From IMG/VR virus record IMGVR_UViG_3300030045_000025, positions 1-29,943 of that record: a stretch of 29,943 nucleotides of DNA. One strand, written 5' to 3'. The stretch is from a virus (lineage: Duplodnaviria; Caudoviricetes). This document shows positions 1 to 7,775 of the stretch, piece by piece. How positions within the stretch are numbered: the first letter of the stretch is position 1; each line of letters opens with the position of its first letter. The notes under the pieces were generated by a model. The model was not told the DNA's origin and searched no databases. It saw only the letters and a program-made list of their open reading frames with translations. Position numbers and translations under genes: made by a program.

Positions 1-195
1 GAACGCCCGGCCGTAGAAGCGGATAACGGCCGGGCGGGCCACCTTGAGGCCGTTCCCGCCCGCACTCCATGCGGCGTCGATGGCGTTTTGGCGCTCCGCC
101 TGGGTATCGAATGCGTGGACCTCGAAATTATCCGGCACTCCGTCCCGCGTGGTGGGCGTGGCGTCCGGCGTGGTAAAAATCATCGCGTAAAACAT
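1..195 (-). CDS. Hypothetical phage protein, truncated by window edge
   Basis: ATG at 195 with GGAG 6 nt upstream; open frame MFYAMIFTTPDATPTTRDGVPDNFEVHAFDTQAERQNAIDAAW... runs off the window; downstream of the promoter at 356-385. Confidence 0.65.
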   Translation of the reverse strand, partial: MFYAMIFTTPDATPTTRDGVPDNFEVHAFDTQAERQNAIDAAWSAGGNGLKVARPAVIRFYGRAF

Positions 196-355
196 GGTTG
201 TCTCCAAACTCAGAATTTATGCCCGTAGGCAATCCCAGAAGGCTCGATTAAAGATTCTCTCAATGCCCTAAGCCCGCTCATCCGAATGGATGGCGGGCGA
301 GGGGTTCAATTGTCGAGGCGGGTCATCGTGATTCATGCAATCTCGTTGCACTGAG

Positions 356-385
356 ATTATTTACTCGTCTCAGTGAGTGCGTCAA
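356..385 (-). promoter_or_regulatory. Putative sigma70-type leftward promoter with embedded operator-like sequence
   Basis: Minus strand TTGACG-18 nt-AATAAT with an A-rich UP-like tract upstream; overlapped by inverted repeat CACTGAGA-N11-TCTCAGTG (349-375). Confidence 0.55.
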
Positions 386-421
386 GGGGGTGCGGGATTT
401 ATTTTTCGGAATCTGGCCCGG

Positions 422-1273
422 TCAGGCAAAGAGGCCGGAAAGTTTCGCTGTTGGTTTCGCTTTCGCCGGCGGCTTGTTGCCCGGCATGATTCCGGCACCT
501 GCGATGCGGTTCAGCTCGGCCAGGAGGTCGGGGCGCTTGAATTCCAGGTGAAGGTTTCCGTTCTTGTAGGCGCGGAAACGGAAGTATTCGGTTTCGCCGT
601 GGCCGTCGCTCGACTTGTCGATAGCGTCTCCCAGTGGGCCGTTGTAGGTTTTCGGCATTCCTTCGCCGTCCAAGCGGTGAAACACGGTATCAATCGCGCG
701 GATTTTGTCCACGGCGCTACTGTAGCCGTACCTGACGCTGAATCCTCCTCCGTTCCATTTCTCCTCGACAATCCAGGTGAGAATGACCTTGGAGCCAATC
801 GCGCCGCGCTCGTTTGTCTTGAGGCCCGTCCGTTCCGGTCGCAAATGTCCGTAAACCTCGTTAACCGCTTCTTTCAAAAGCCCTTCCATGTTTTGCATGA
901 AGCCGCCCAGGAAAACGCGGATCTCCTCGGCGTCAATTGGGGGCATCTCGCCGTCAGAAAGTTGCTTGTCCAGTTGCTTGCAACGCTCGGCGCTCATGAA
1001 GCGGCGCACCTCGGCGCGGTTCAAAATGATCAGCCAGACATCGCGCTTCGCCTCTTCCATGAATTTTGCTGGCTCGCGCTTGAGGTCGGAAACATCTTTG
1101 CGGGGAAGTGAGAATGAGCGGCCATATTCCGTCGCTCCCATTGCCGCCTTTAGCCTCGCCTCGGCGCGGTTCAAGAGTCGCGCCGCTTCCACGATTTCGG
1201 CGTAAGAGTCGTTCCAGCAGTCCACAATAGAGCCTATGGTGGTGTACGGCATGAGTTCGGTTGGTTTGAGCAT
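422..1273 (-). CDS. DUF4942-like protein (stand-alone, no methyltransferase domain)
   Basis: 283 aa, RBS AAGGA; C-terminal GETEYFRFRAYKNGNLHLEFKRPDLLAELNRIAG and KTNE..IGSKVIL motifs resemble DUF4942. Confidence 0.75.
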   Translation of the reverse strand: MLKPTELMPYTTIGSIVDCWNDSYAEIVEAARLLNRAEARLKAAMGATEYGRSFSLPRKDVSDLKREPAKFMEEAKRDVWLIILNRAEVRRFMSAERCKQLDKQLSDGEMPPIDAEEIRVFLGGFMQNMEGLLKEAVNEVYGHLRPERTGLKTNERGAIGSKVILTWIVEEKWNGGGFSVRYGYSSAVDKIRAIDTVFHRLDGEGMPKTYNGPLGDAIDKSSDGHGETEYFRFRAYKNGNLHLEFKRPDLLAELNRIAGAGIMPGNKPPAKAKPTAKLSGLFA

Positions 1274-1318
1274 GGTTTCCTTTTTCGTTCAGTCGGGGCG
1301 CCCGGCAGCGCCAGTGAG

Positions 1319-1546
1319 TCAAAACAAGCTGATCTGGCCCTTTGCGTCCGTGGTTTTCACGTCGTCAAAAAGCGATTCCTGAAAGCCGCGCGAGGGGATT
1401 TTCGTTCCGGCCCGGCGCGTGGCTTCGAGCTGGAGTTGGCGGGCGAGTTCGCGGCGCCGTTTCATTTCAAGCGATTCGTCCGGGATGAAAGGCGAATCGC
1501 CGGGACGCGGCGGATTGTGAGTGATGATGATTCGATAGCGGTTCAT
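1319..1546 (-). CDS. Hypothetical protein (75 aa)
   Basis: ATGA overlap with the upstream gene and GGGAG RBS; ends in a QISLF motif. Confidence 0.65.
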   Translation of the reverse strand: MNRYRIIITHNPPRPGDSPFIPDESLEMKRRRELARQLQLEATRRAGTKIPSRGFQESLFDDVKTTDAKGQISLF

Positions 1547-2331
1547 GCTCCCACCTTGGCGTCAAACGCCCGCTTCGCTCGGTCCTGCCAAACCTCGGCC
1601 GGCACACTGTCCAATTGTGAGAGCTGGAACGCGAGCGATCCCGCCAACTTGCGCGCCCTGCCCGGATGGGCCACCGCGAGAGATTCAACGTAGGACCGCG
1701 CCCAATTCACTAAAGCGGGTTCAGCTTCCGTTTTAGATGCCGATTCCGGCCCCGTAGCGCCAATTTCAGACACTTTCACGGGTTCCGCCTTACTGACAGG
1801 CCCGGAAGCACTTTTTCCACGAAGCGCGACCGCGCCGGCGGATACCAGTTCCGCGCCATGCGCCGCGTCCAAAGCCGAGTTGAATTTGCGTGCCCGCCGT
1901 TCGCGGCGAGCTACCACGTTCCGCTCTTCATCCCAGGTGTTAGAACGAAGCCCGGCCATGCGAGCGATGTTATCGCAGTGCATCGGGTGATCGCCGTTCG
2001 CGTGGCAGTATTCGGCCACATTGCCCTCGAAGCGAGCATGAATCACTTCGCGGAACATCTTACGATGGTCTATCGCGTCCACGTTGGCTTTACGTAATTC
2101 GGCGCGCTGGTACTTCTCAATCGCTTCGAGTTCCTCTTGCGACAGCTCGAATACTTCATCGTGCATGGTGTCGAGTTCCTCATCGGTGAAGCCGCCATCG
2201 GGATAAGCGCAGTTATTGCATTGCCCGTCGGCGCGGTCGATGAGTTGGATTAGGTTGCAGGTGGGGCATATCAGGGGAGTTGACATGGTGAGTTCCTTAA
2301 AAAACGGGGAGTTCGGAAGCCGGTCCGACAT
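1543..2331 (-). CDS. Hypothetical protein with N-terminal CxxC-x10-CxxC zinc-ribbon-like motif
   Basis: CPTC...CNNC followed by an acidic helix; start is either near-leaderless at 2331 (5 nt after TACAAT) or at 2286 (AAGGA RBS, MSTPLICPTC). Confidence 0.7.
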   Translation of the reverse strand: MSDRLPNSPFFKELTMSTPLICPTCNLIQLIDRADGQCNNCAYPDGGFTDEELDTMHDEVFELSQEELEAIEKYQRAELRKANVDAIDHRKMFREVIHARFEGNVAEYCHANGDHPMHCDNIARMAGLRSNTWDEERNVVARRERRARKFNSALDAAHGAELVSAGAVALRGKSASGPVSKAEPVKVSEIGATGPESASKTEAEPALVNWARSYVESLAVAHPGRARKLAGSLAFQLSQLDSVPAEVWQDRAKRAFDAKVGA

Positions 2332-2336
2332 GAGGA

Positions 2337-2366
2337 ATTGTAAATCGTATCAGTGAGACGGTGCAA
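2337..2366 (-). promoter_or_regulatory. Putative sigma70-type leftward promoter with palindromic operator
   Basis: Minus strand TTGCAC-18 nt-TACAAT; spacer contains CGTCTCA-C-TGATACG, an imperfect palindrome. Confidence 0.6.
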
Positions 2367-2874
2367 TGGCTGATTACCATGTCTGGACTAATGAGTGTTT
2401 TAAAGACTCTGCGTTGAGTCATTACCAGAACGCGCGGGAGGGGGAGTTTGTTTGAGAAACGACGGATCAAAAATTCTCAATTCACGTTTAAAATCATCCG
2501 CGAGGGGGTGTAATGTATGATTTTCGACGGTTTGAGGCACTTTGCGACTTCATGGCCTTGATTCCTGGAGTTCGCCAGCGCGCCCTTGCCTTGGCTGCCC
2601 ACGTGTGATACCCGCGATCAGAGGAAAGGTTGGGAGAGCCTTGGAAGCCTGGCCGCGAGAGTTTTGTGTTTGAGAACTGCCATTCTCATACACAAAAACC
2701 GTCTGGTTTCCGGCCCAGCTGGCCGAAGGATTTACACAGGGGGGTAGCCTCTTTTTGCCGGAGGGGATGTCCTGAAATTTTCCGGCCCTTCCCGCACTGG
2801 AGGGGAAAAATCCTTTGGGTAAGGGCCACTCAAAAACCGTATCCATTCCCCGCGTTCGTTGCCTAATAATAAAA

Positions 2875-3110
2875 AGTGTCTCAAGTGTCTCACTGGTGTC
2901 TCACGCCAAAAGTGAGACACCGGACTCCGTGGGCAAAAAGTGTCTCACAAAGTCCATCTCTCTCTGTCTTAAGACAGAGATGAGACGGTTGAGACTAATG
3001 CCGGGGCACTGTCTCAGAGACGGTACGCGGCCCTACTAATTGGTCGTGTGTCTCAAGGGTTTTTGAGACTATTAGGTTTTTTCTCATACGGGAAAGGAGG
3101 TTTGAGACGG
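2875..3110. repeat. Iteron cluster / putative replication origin
   Basis: GTCTCA at 2878, 2887, 2898, 2942, 3011, 3050 and TGAGAC at 2913, 2981, 2990, 3064, 3103; perfect 20-bp palindrome TCTCTGTCTTAAGACAGAGA at 2961-2980; A/T-rich flank at 2864-2875; lies at the 3' end of the helicase gene. Confidence 0.75.
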
Positions 3111-4526
3111 TTCGGTGCCGTCCTTGGGGAAATACCGGCCAGCGGACTCCACGACAACATCCGCCGCAACCAACTGTTTTTTGGCCCGCCAGAACGAAGC
3201 ACGGGAGACGGAGGCCGCCTTGCACGCCTCTTCCCACTCCTTGCTCTTAACCGGCCCCGGGAAATTCTGGAGGATGGACAGTACGTTGTTTTGCGTCTCG
3301 GTGACCTCGACCTCTATGACCGTCTGATCCGCGCGGTCAAGAACCATATTGGTTCTTCCCCCCGGCAAGTCCACAAGTCGCCTCGTGAGCCCGAAGTCGT
3401 TGAATTCCAAGGCGCCTTTTAATTTCTGGCAATGGATGGTCAAGGAGATGTCATCTCGGGCGACGGTGATCCGCGTGTCCATGCCGCCGGGAAGGGATGA
3501 CGAGCCGCGCAGATCGCCTCCTTTGCCTTGGTGATGGACCACGATCACCGCCGCGCCCGCAGCTGCAATTCTGGCGATGTTGTGGACAAATATTCCCATG
3601 TCCTGGGCGGAGTTCTCGTCGCCCCCAACCATGCACCTTGCCAGGGTGTCCACAATCACGAGGACCGGAGATGGGTTCATTTTCGCGATTATGGACAGGA
3701 GAAGCCCCACGTCCTCGGATTCCAGAAGTTGTACGGCATCGGGGATGATGCCGGCCGATGGAGGCCATTTCATGCCGCGGGCCACCTGCCACGCGTGAAT
3801 GCGGCTTACGAGGCCGCCCTTCCCCTCGGCGGAAATGTAAAGCACTGGGCCAGGCGTGACGTTGTTTCCGTACCATGCGTGACCCGTGGCGACACATCCC
3901 GCGAGTTCGACGGCCATATAGCTTTTGTACGCGCCTGGCGGCCCCTCAATGGTTCCGACCGTGCGCTCTTGAATCACGCCTTCCACGAGCCATTTTGGTT
4001 CGGGAAAAACCTCAAGTTCCTCAAGTGTGTATACCCGGATCTTGTCCGATGCTTCGCCCGCCGATTGCGCCGTTCGCTTCGAAATCTTGTCCGTCAACTC
4101 GGCCATCTTTTGCGTAATTTCGGACGGCCTGGATCCGTTAAGGGCGCTTTGGCGAAGGAGGTCCAGCCCATCGGCGGCCATGCGCTTGATCGCGGCCTCG
4201 GCAATGAGGGCGAGATAATTCTCGATGTTCTCCAGCTCGCCGGTTGACTGCGCGAGGGCTTCGATTCGCTCAGGGCCGCCGGCCGCGGCGAGATGGCCGC
4301 TCTTGCGTAGCGCCTCGATCACGCTTACCGCATCATGGAAGTGGCCAGCCCGGAAGTCGCCGATCACGATGCGGGCGATTTCCAAGAATTCCGGAACGTT
4401 GAAATCCGCCGGGATGAGTCCGAATTTCTCCACCGCAATGGCGAGCGCGGTGCGGTCCGTCAGGAGGATTTTTAGCGCCGCTTCCTCGGCGTGAGGCGCG
4501 GAGGGGAGTTGAGAGTCAGCGGCCAT
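3084..4526 (-). CDS. Replicative helicase: DnaB N-terminal-like domain + AAA_25 (RepA-like SF4) domain + probable C-terminal winged helix
   Basis: N-terminus LPSAPHAEEAALKILL resembles DnaB_N; WLVEGVI, Walker A GPPGAYKS, VLYISAEG, Walker B LVIVDTLAR, DENSAQDM, VHHQGK..LRGSSSL; GGAGG RBS. Confidence 0.9.
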   Translation of the reverse strand: MAADSQLPSAPHAEEAALKILLTDRTALAIAVEKFGLIPADFNVPEFLEIARIVIGDFRAGHFHDAVSVIEALRKSGHLAAAGGPERIEALAQSTGELENIENYLALIAEAAIKRMAADGLDLLRQSALNGSRPSEITQKMAELTDKISKRTAQSAGEASDKIRVYTLEELEVFPEPKWLVEGVIQERTVGTIEGPPGAYKSYMAVELAGCVATGHAWYGNNVTPGPVLYISAEGKGGLVSRIHAWQVARGMKWPPSAGIIPDAVQLLESEDVGLLLSIIAKMNPSPVLVIVDTLARCMVGGDENSAQDMGIFVHNIARIAAAGAAVIVVHHQGKGGDLRGSSSLPGGMDTRITVARDDISLTIHCQKLKGALEFNDFGLTRRLVDLPGGRTNMVLDRADQTVIEVEVTETQNNVLSILQNFPGPVKSKEWEEACKAASVSRASFWRAKKQLVAADVVVESAGRYFPKDGTEPSQTSFPV

Positions 4527-4803
4527 TTTGCGCCTCCGTGACTTTCTCGATCAGCATTTCGACGGCCATGGGGTCAGCCGGAACGGCGAAGGCGCGATGA
4601 GAGCAAATGAGGCCGAGCCGATCAAGGGGATTTGAAGTGTGGGTGCCGCCGCCCCATGTGTGCTTGCCGCCGCATCCAGGGCAATTGGCCACATGCCAGA
4701 TCCACGCGCCGAGGTGGCGGCGTCCTTGAAATCGTAATTCAGCTCTGGCAATTGGAGGTGTGCGGGATGTGTCGCCGTCTTGGCGCGGAATTTGTATACT
4801 CAC
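4516..4803 (-). CDS. Small putative Zn-binding protein (95 aa)
   Basis: GTG at 4803 with GGAG RBS (the ORF-track start at 4923 would cross the divergent promoter region); CPGCGGKH motif plus a later C; overlaps the helicase start by 11 nt. Confidence 0.6.
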   Translation of the reverse strand: MSIQIPRQDGDTSRTPPIARAELRFQGRRHLGAWIWHVANCPGCGGKHTWGGGTHTSNPLDRLGLICSHRAFAVPADPMAVEMLIEKVTEAQNGR

Positions 4804-4922
4804 GTTGCTCCATTCAGCAAACAGCGCGTCGGGATTGGCTCTCCTGGCGCGCTTTCGTTTGGGTGAAAGGTGCCGGCGCTGTTTGTGGGGATTCCGGCGA
4901 AGCCGGTAGCGATAGGATAGCA

Positions 4923-4957
4923 AAAACGGAAGCTATTCCTCTTTGGTTTGATATAAT
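4923..4957 (+). promoter_or_regulatory. Rightward promoter of the morphogenesis operon, with the repeated motif at its -35 position
   Basis: Extended -10 TG-A-TATAAT (4949-4957), 7 nt before ATG 4965 (leaderless geometry); AAAACGGAAGCTATTCC at 4923-4939. Confidence 0.7.
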
Positions 4958-4964
4958 TCCTTCC

Positions 4965-5393
4965 ATGAAATCGAACCCGACAGAAATCCCCCTTCCGGCG
5001 AATTCCCGCGAGGAACATTTCGCCAACCGCGATGACGCGGAGACGCGCGGCGTGATGGGCAACCTACGCCGCAATCATCCCGGCTGGAGCGAAGAGCGCA
5101 TTCGCGAAGTCGTCGGCGCAGTGCTTTACCCGGTTCGGCGCAAGCTGATCCCGGACAAGCCCCGCGAGCTCACCAAAGAGCAAAAGCGTGAGGCCACCGC
5201 GGTGCGAGAACTCGCGAAGAAACTCCGCAAGAAATTCGTGGGTGCGACCGCTGATTCCCGCACCGAAGCGCTGGCCAAGGTCAAGCGCATGAGCGAAGGC
5301 GCGCGCAAAAAGGTTTGGGCCCAGGCGAAGAAATATGCCGAGGCGCGGCCGGAAGTCGTCAACGGCGCTTACGCGAACCACGGGAGCGAGTAA
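4965..5393 (+). CDS. Hypothetical basic protein (142 aa), first gene of the rightward operon
   Basis: MKSNPTEIPLPANSREEHF...; probably leaderless; ends 5 nt before the TerS start. Confidence 0.7.
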   Translation: MKSNPTEIPLPANSREEHFANRDDAETRGVMGNLRRNHPGWSEERIREVVGAVLYPVRRKLIPDKPRELTKEQKREATAVRELAKKLRKKFVGATADSRTEALAKVKRMSEGARKKVWAQAKKYAEARPEVVNGAYANHGSE

Positions 5394-5398
5394 CTCCG

Positions 5399-6205
5399 AT
5401 GGCTGGATCTCCCCTCAAGCGAGCGCGGCGCGAGGCCAATAAGCCAGGCCCGGCGGATGTTGACGAATTGGTGGCGGAGCGCAAGAAGTTGCGTGATGCT
5501 CGCGAACTTGAAAAGGTGGGCGTGCAGCTCGCCGTCACCAAGCCGTGCGGATCCGCTGAATTCCTTCACCCCACGCTCATAGCCAACGGCTATTGCCGAT
5601 CCGGGAGCGAGAAAGACAACATCGTTCGCTACGGGTACGAATCGATCCGCGCGCATTACATCGAGGGCCCGGGAGACCTGCCGGATTCCGCGCTCGCCGC
5701 GCTCTGGGAGGTCAACGCCAGCACGCTCATGCGCTGGAAAGACGCCGGCCGTTGGGAGGAATTCCGGCAAAGGCGACTGGACTCGCTGCCAGTGCTCCAG
5801 GGGGGAAACAAGGCGGACGAACTGGTTGCCTCGATGCGCCAGAACTTCCGCGAGATGGCGCTCGAATCGATCACGGAGGCCATCGACCTTACGCGCAAGC
5901 GACTTCGAAACGAGACCGAGCAGAAACAAAGCGCGTCCGGAGAAGTCGCGACGATCAACAAGTCCGCCTCCTCGCACAAAGCCGAGACGAACGCCCTCAC
6001 CGACCTGATCACCCACGGCTATACGGCTCTCGGGATGCAAACCAAGTTCACCGGCCAATTTGCCGGCGCGCAGTTCACCGCCAACATTTTCGAAATCAAA
6101 CGTCCCTCCGAGGCCCAGGTGGCGGATTACCTCGCGGACACACTGGCCGAATTCGAAGGCGATATCATCGAAGCCCAGACCGAGCCCGATTTCCCCGAAG
6201 ATTAA
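5399..6205 (+). CDS. terS: Terminase small subunit (putative)
   Basis: Immediately upstream of TerL; HTH-like DSALAALWEVNASTLMRWKDAGRWEEFRQ followed by a helical region; start MAGSPLKRARR. Confidence 0.7.
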   Translation: MAGSPLKRARREANKPGPADVDELVAERKKLRDARELEKVGVQLAVTKPCGSAEFLHPTLIANGYCRSGSEKDNIVRYGYESIRAHYIEGPGDLPDSALAALWEVNASTLMRWKDAGRWEEFRQRRLDSLPVLQGGNKADELVASMRQNFREMALESITEAIDLTRKRLRNETEQKQSASGEVATINKSASSHKAETNALTDLITHGYTALGMQTKFTGQFAGAQFTANIFEIKRPSEAQVADYLADTLAEFEGDIIEAQTEPDFPED

Positions 6206-6210
6206 TCTCC

Positions 6211-7758
6211 ATGGCCCAAGAATTGATGCGGATGGGCGCGAATGGCCGGATGGAGGTCGCTCTTCACCCGGGCCAGGCCCTCGCCATGGATTCCTTGGCC
6301 ACGGAGACCTACATCTCCGCCGGCCTGCAGAGCGGGAAAACTTCGCTATTAGCGCACTGGTTGATAGAAGAAATGATCCGGTGCGGTCCGGGCAATCCGG
6401 AGATTTGCTACCTCGCGATAGGCCCCGAGCTCACGATTTTGCGCAATAAGCTGGTGCCAGGCTTCCGTCGCATCTTCGAAGGGCTGTCGGGCTGGGCGAA
6501 ATTCACCTCCCAGCCAAAAATGAGCCTCACCTTCACGCCCTTGGGCGAACAGGCACTGTGGGGCCACGAGCAAAAAGAGAAGACATCGATCAACTTTTGC
6601 TTCGCGTCGGACTCGGACAGCTTCGCCGGCTACACCGCCCTTGCGGCCGTGGGCGACGAAACCGGGCAAGATGCCTTCCGCCGGTCGTCGCTCCTGGAAA
6701 TGCGCGGACGGCTTTCCATTGCGAGGGGCCAAGTTGCCCCGTACAACAACAAGGTTGGGCGCCCAAATCACCTGAAAATGGGGCGGCTGTGCTTTGGGAG
6801 TATCGTCTACGGCCTTGGGTGGATGTACGACTTCTACAAACAGTGGCGGGCCGCGGCCGAGGACGTCAAGAAGCGCGATTACCGAAATTTCGCCACGCGA
6901 ATGCACCTGGGTACCGTGCATCCGCAAATGCACTTCGTGCGCTTCGATTCGACGCGAAATCCCGCCTTTCCGCCGGAAGAATTTGAAATCGCGCGTCGAT
7001 CGCTGCCGAAATGGCTGTTCGATCAGCGCTACAGGGGTATTTTCACGCGGCCGGCCGGCTTGATTTTCGACCAATGGGATCCACAGTTCGAAGTGGAGGG
7101 CATCGCGACACCGCCGTATTACCCTCGGGCGGCGGCGTTCGACCCGGGCGACGTGAATTTCTACGGCCTTTCGGGCGCGATGGATCCGGTGACCCAGATT
7201 TGGACGATCACGGATCTCTACTGTGACCGCGAGCACAGCATGGAATGGCGCGGCGAGGACATTGTACGCAGGTGGCCGAACCTGATTTGGTGTGCGGTGG
7301 GCCAGATTTCCGAGGAAAGATGGCGCATGGAGTTGCTACGCGGCGGACTCCGATCTACGCCGCCCGCGATCAAGGACTTTTGGGGCCAGGTCAACGCGGT
7401 TAACTCCGCCATGATGCGCGGGCTCCTCCGTGTGGACCGCGCGGCTTGCGCCGAAGTTATTGACGACTTCGGGACGTTCTCGCGGCCCACCGACAAGAAC
7501 ACGGGCGAAGTGATGCAGGGTGAAAAGCCCGTGGATGAGAAGAAGCGGCACTACATGGCCGCCCTCCGATACTTCGGCACCGAGGCATTTCTTGCGAGAG
7601 ACGCAAGCGAGGCCGGCACCGCACCGCCGAGGCAGCACGATGCACCCGCGATAGGCGCCCCCATGGGAGTCTTGGCCGCCGGTATGGGGCTCGGGCAGAT
7701 GAGAGATGGCGGGTTCAGGTTGGACCAGGTGAACCGAGGAGACCGCTTTCTCCGCTAA
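6211..7758 (+). CDS. terL: Terminase large subunit
   Basis: Q motif LHPGQ, Walker A AGLQSGKT, Walker B AAVGDE, STRNPAFP, RYRGIF, nuclease AAFDPG and HYMAALRY; real start 6211 (the track extension to 5593 overlaps TerS). Confidence 0.9.
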   Translation: MAQELMRMGANGRMEVALHPGQALAMDSLATETYISAGLQSGKTSLLAHWLIEEMIRCGPGNPEICYLAIGPELTILRNKLVPGFRRIFEGLSGWAKFTSQPKMSLTFTPLGEQALWGHEQKEKTSINFCFASDSDSFAGYTALAAVGDETGQDAFRRSSLLEMRGRLSIARGQVAPYNNKVGRPNHLKMGRLCFGSIVYGLGWMYDFYKQWRAAAEDVKKRDYRNFATRMHLGTVHPQMHFVRFDSTRNPAFPPEEFEIARRSLPKWLFDQRYRGIFTRPAGLIFDQWDPQFEVEGIATPPYYPRAAAFDPGDVNFYGLSGAMDPVTQIWTITDLYCDREHSMEWRGEDIVRRWPNLIWCAVGQISEERWRMELLRGGLRSTPPAIKDFWGQVNAVNSAMMRGLLRVDRAACAEVIDDFGTFSRPTDKNTGEVMQGEKPVDEKKRHYMAALRYFGTEAFLARDASEAGTAPPRQHDAPAIGAPMGVLAAGMGLGQMRDGGFRLDQVNRGDRFLR

Positions 7759-7775
7759 AACCGGAAGCTGCCCCG
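7757..7775 (+). promoter_or_regulatory. Start-associated repeated motif
   Basis: AAAACCGGAAGCTGCCCCG fills the whole terL-sigma gap and abuts the ATG. Confidence 0.65.

Noticed and set aside
573-590. AAACGGAAGTATTCGG and other partial motif matches (2313, 11578, 20377, 20457)
   Set aside because: Too degenerate or explained by codons (EYFRFR, AEAES, AEATP); not counted as copies
377-1111. 244-aa plus-strand ORF
   Set aside because: Antisense shadow of the DUF4942-like gene; no recognisable motifs
2875-3110. Possible CRISPR array
   Set aside because: Repeats are 6-8 bp, in both orientations and irregularly spaced; no cas genes
2550-3237. Short ORFs across the intergenic and iteron region
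   Set aside because: Atypical composition, overlap with repeats, no convincing RBS
4632-6210. Upstream extensions of ORFs starting at 4632, 5315 and 5593
   Set aside because: They overlap neighbouring genes or the promoter; better starts are 4965, 5399 and 6211
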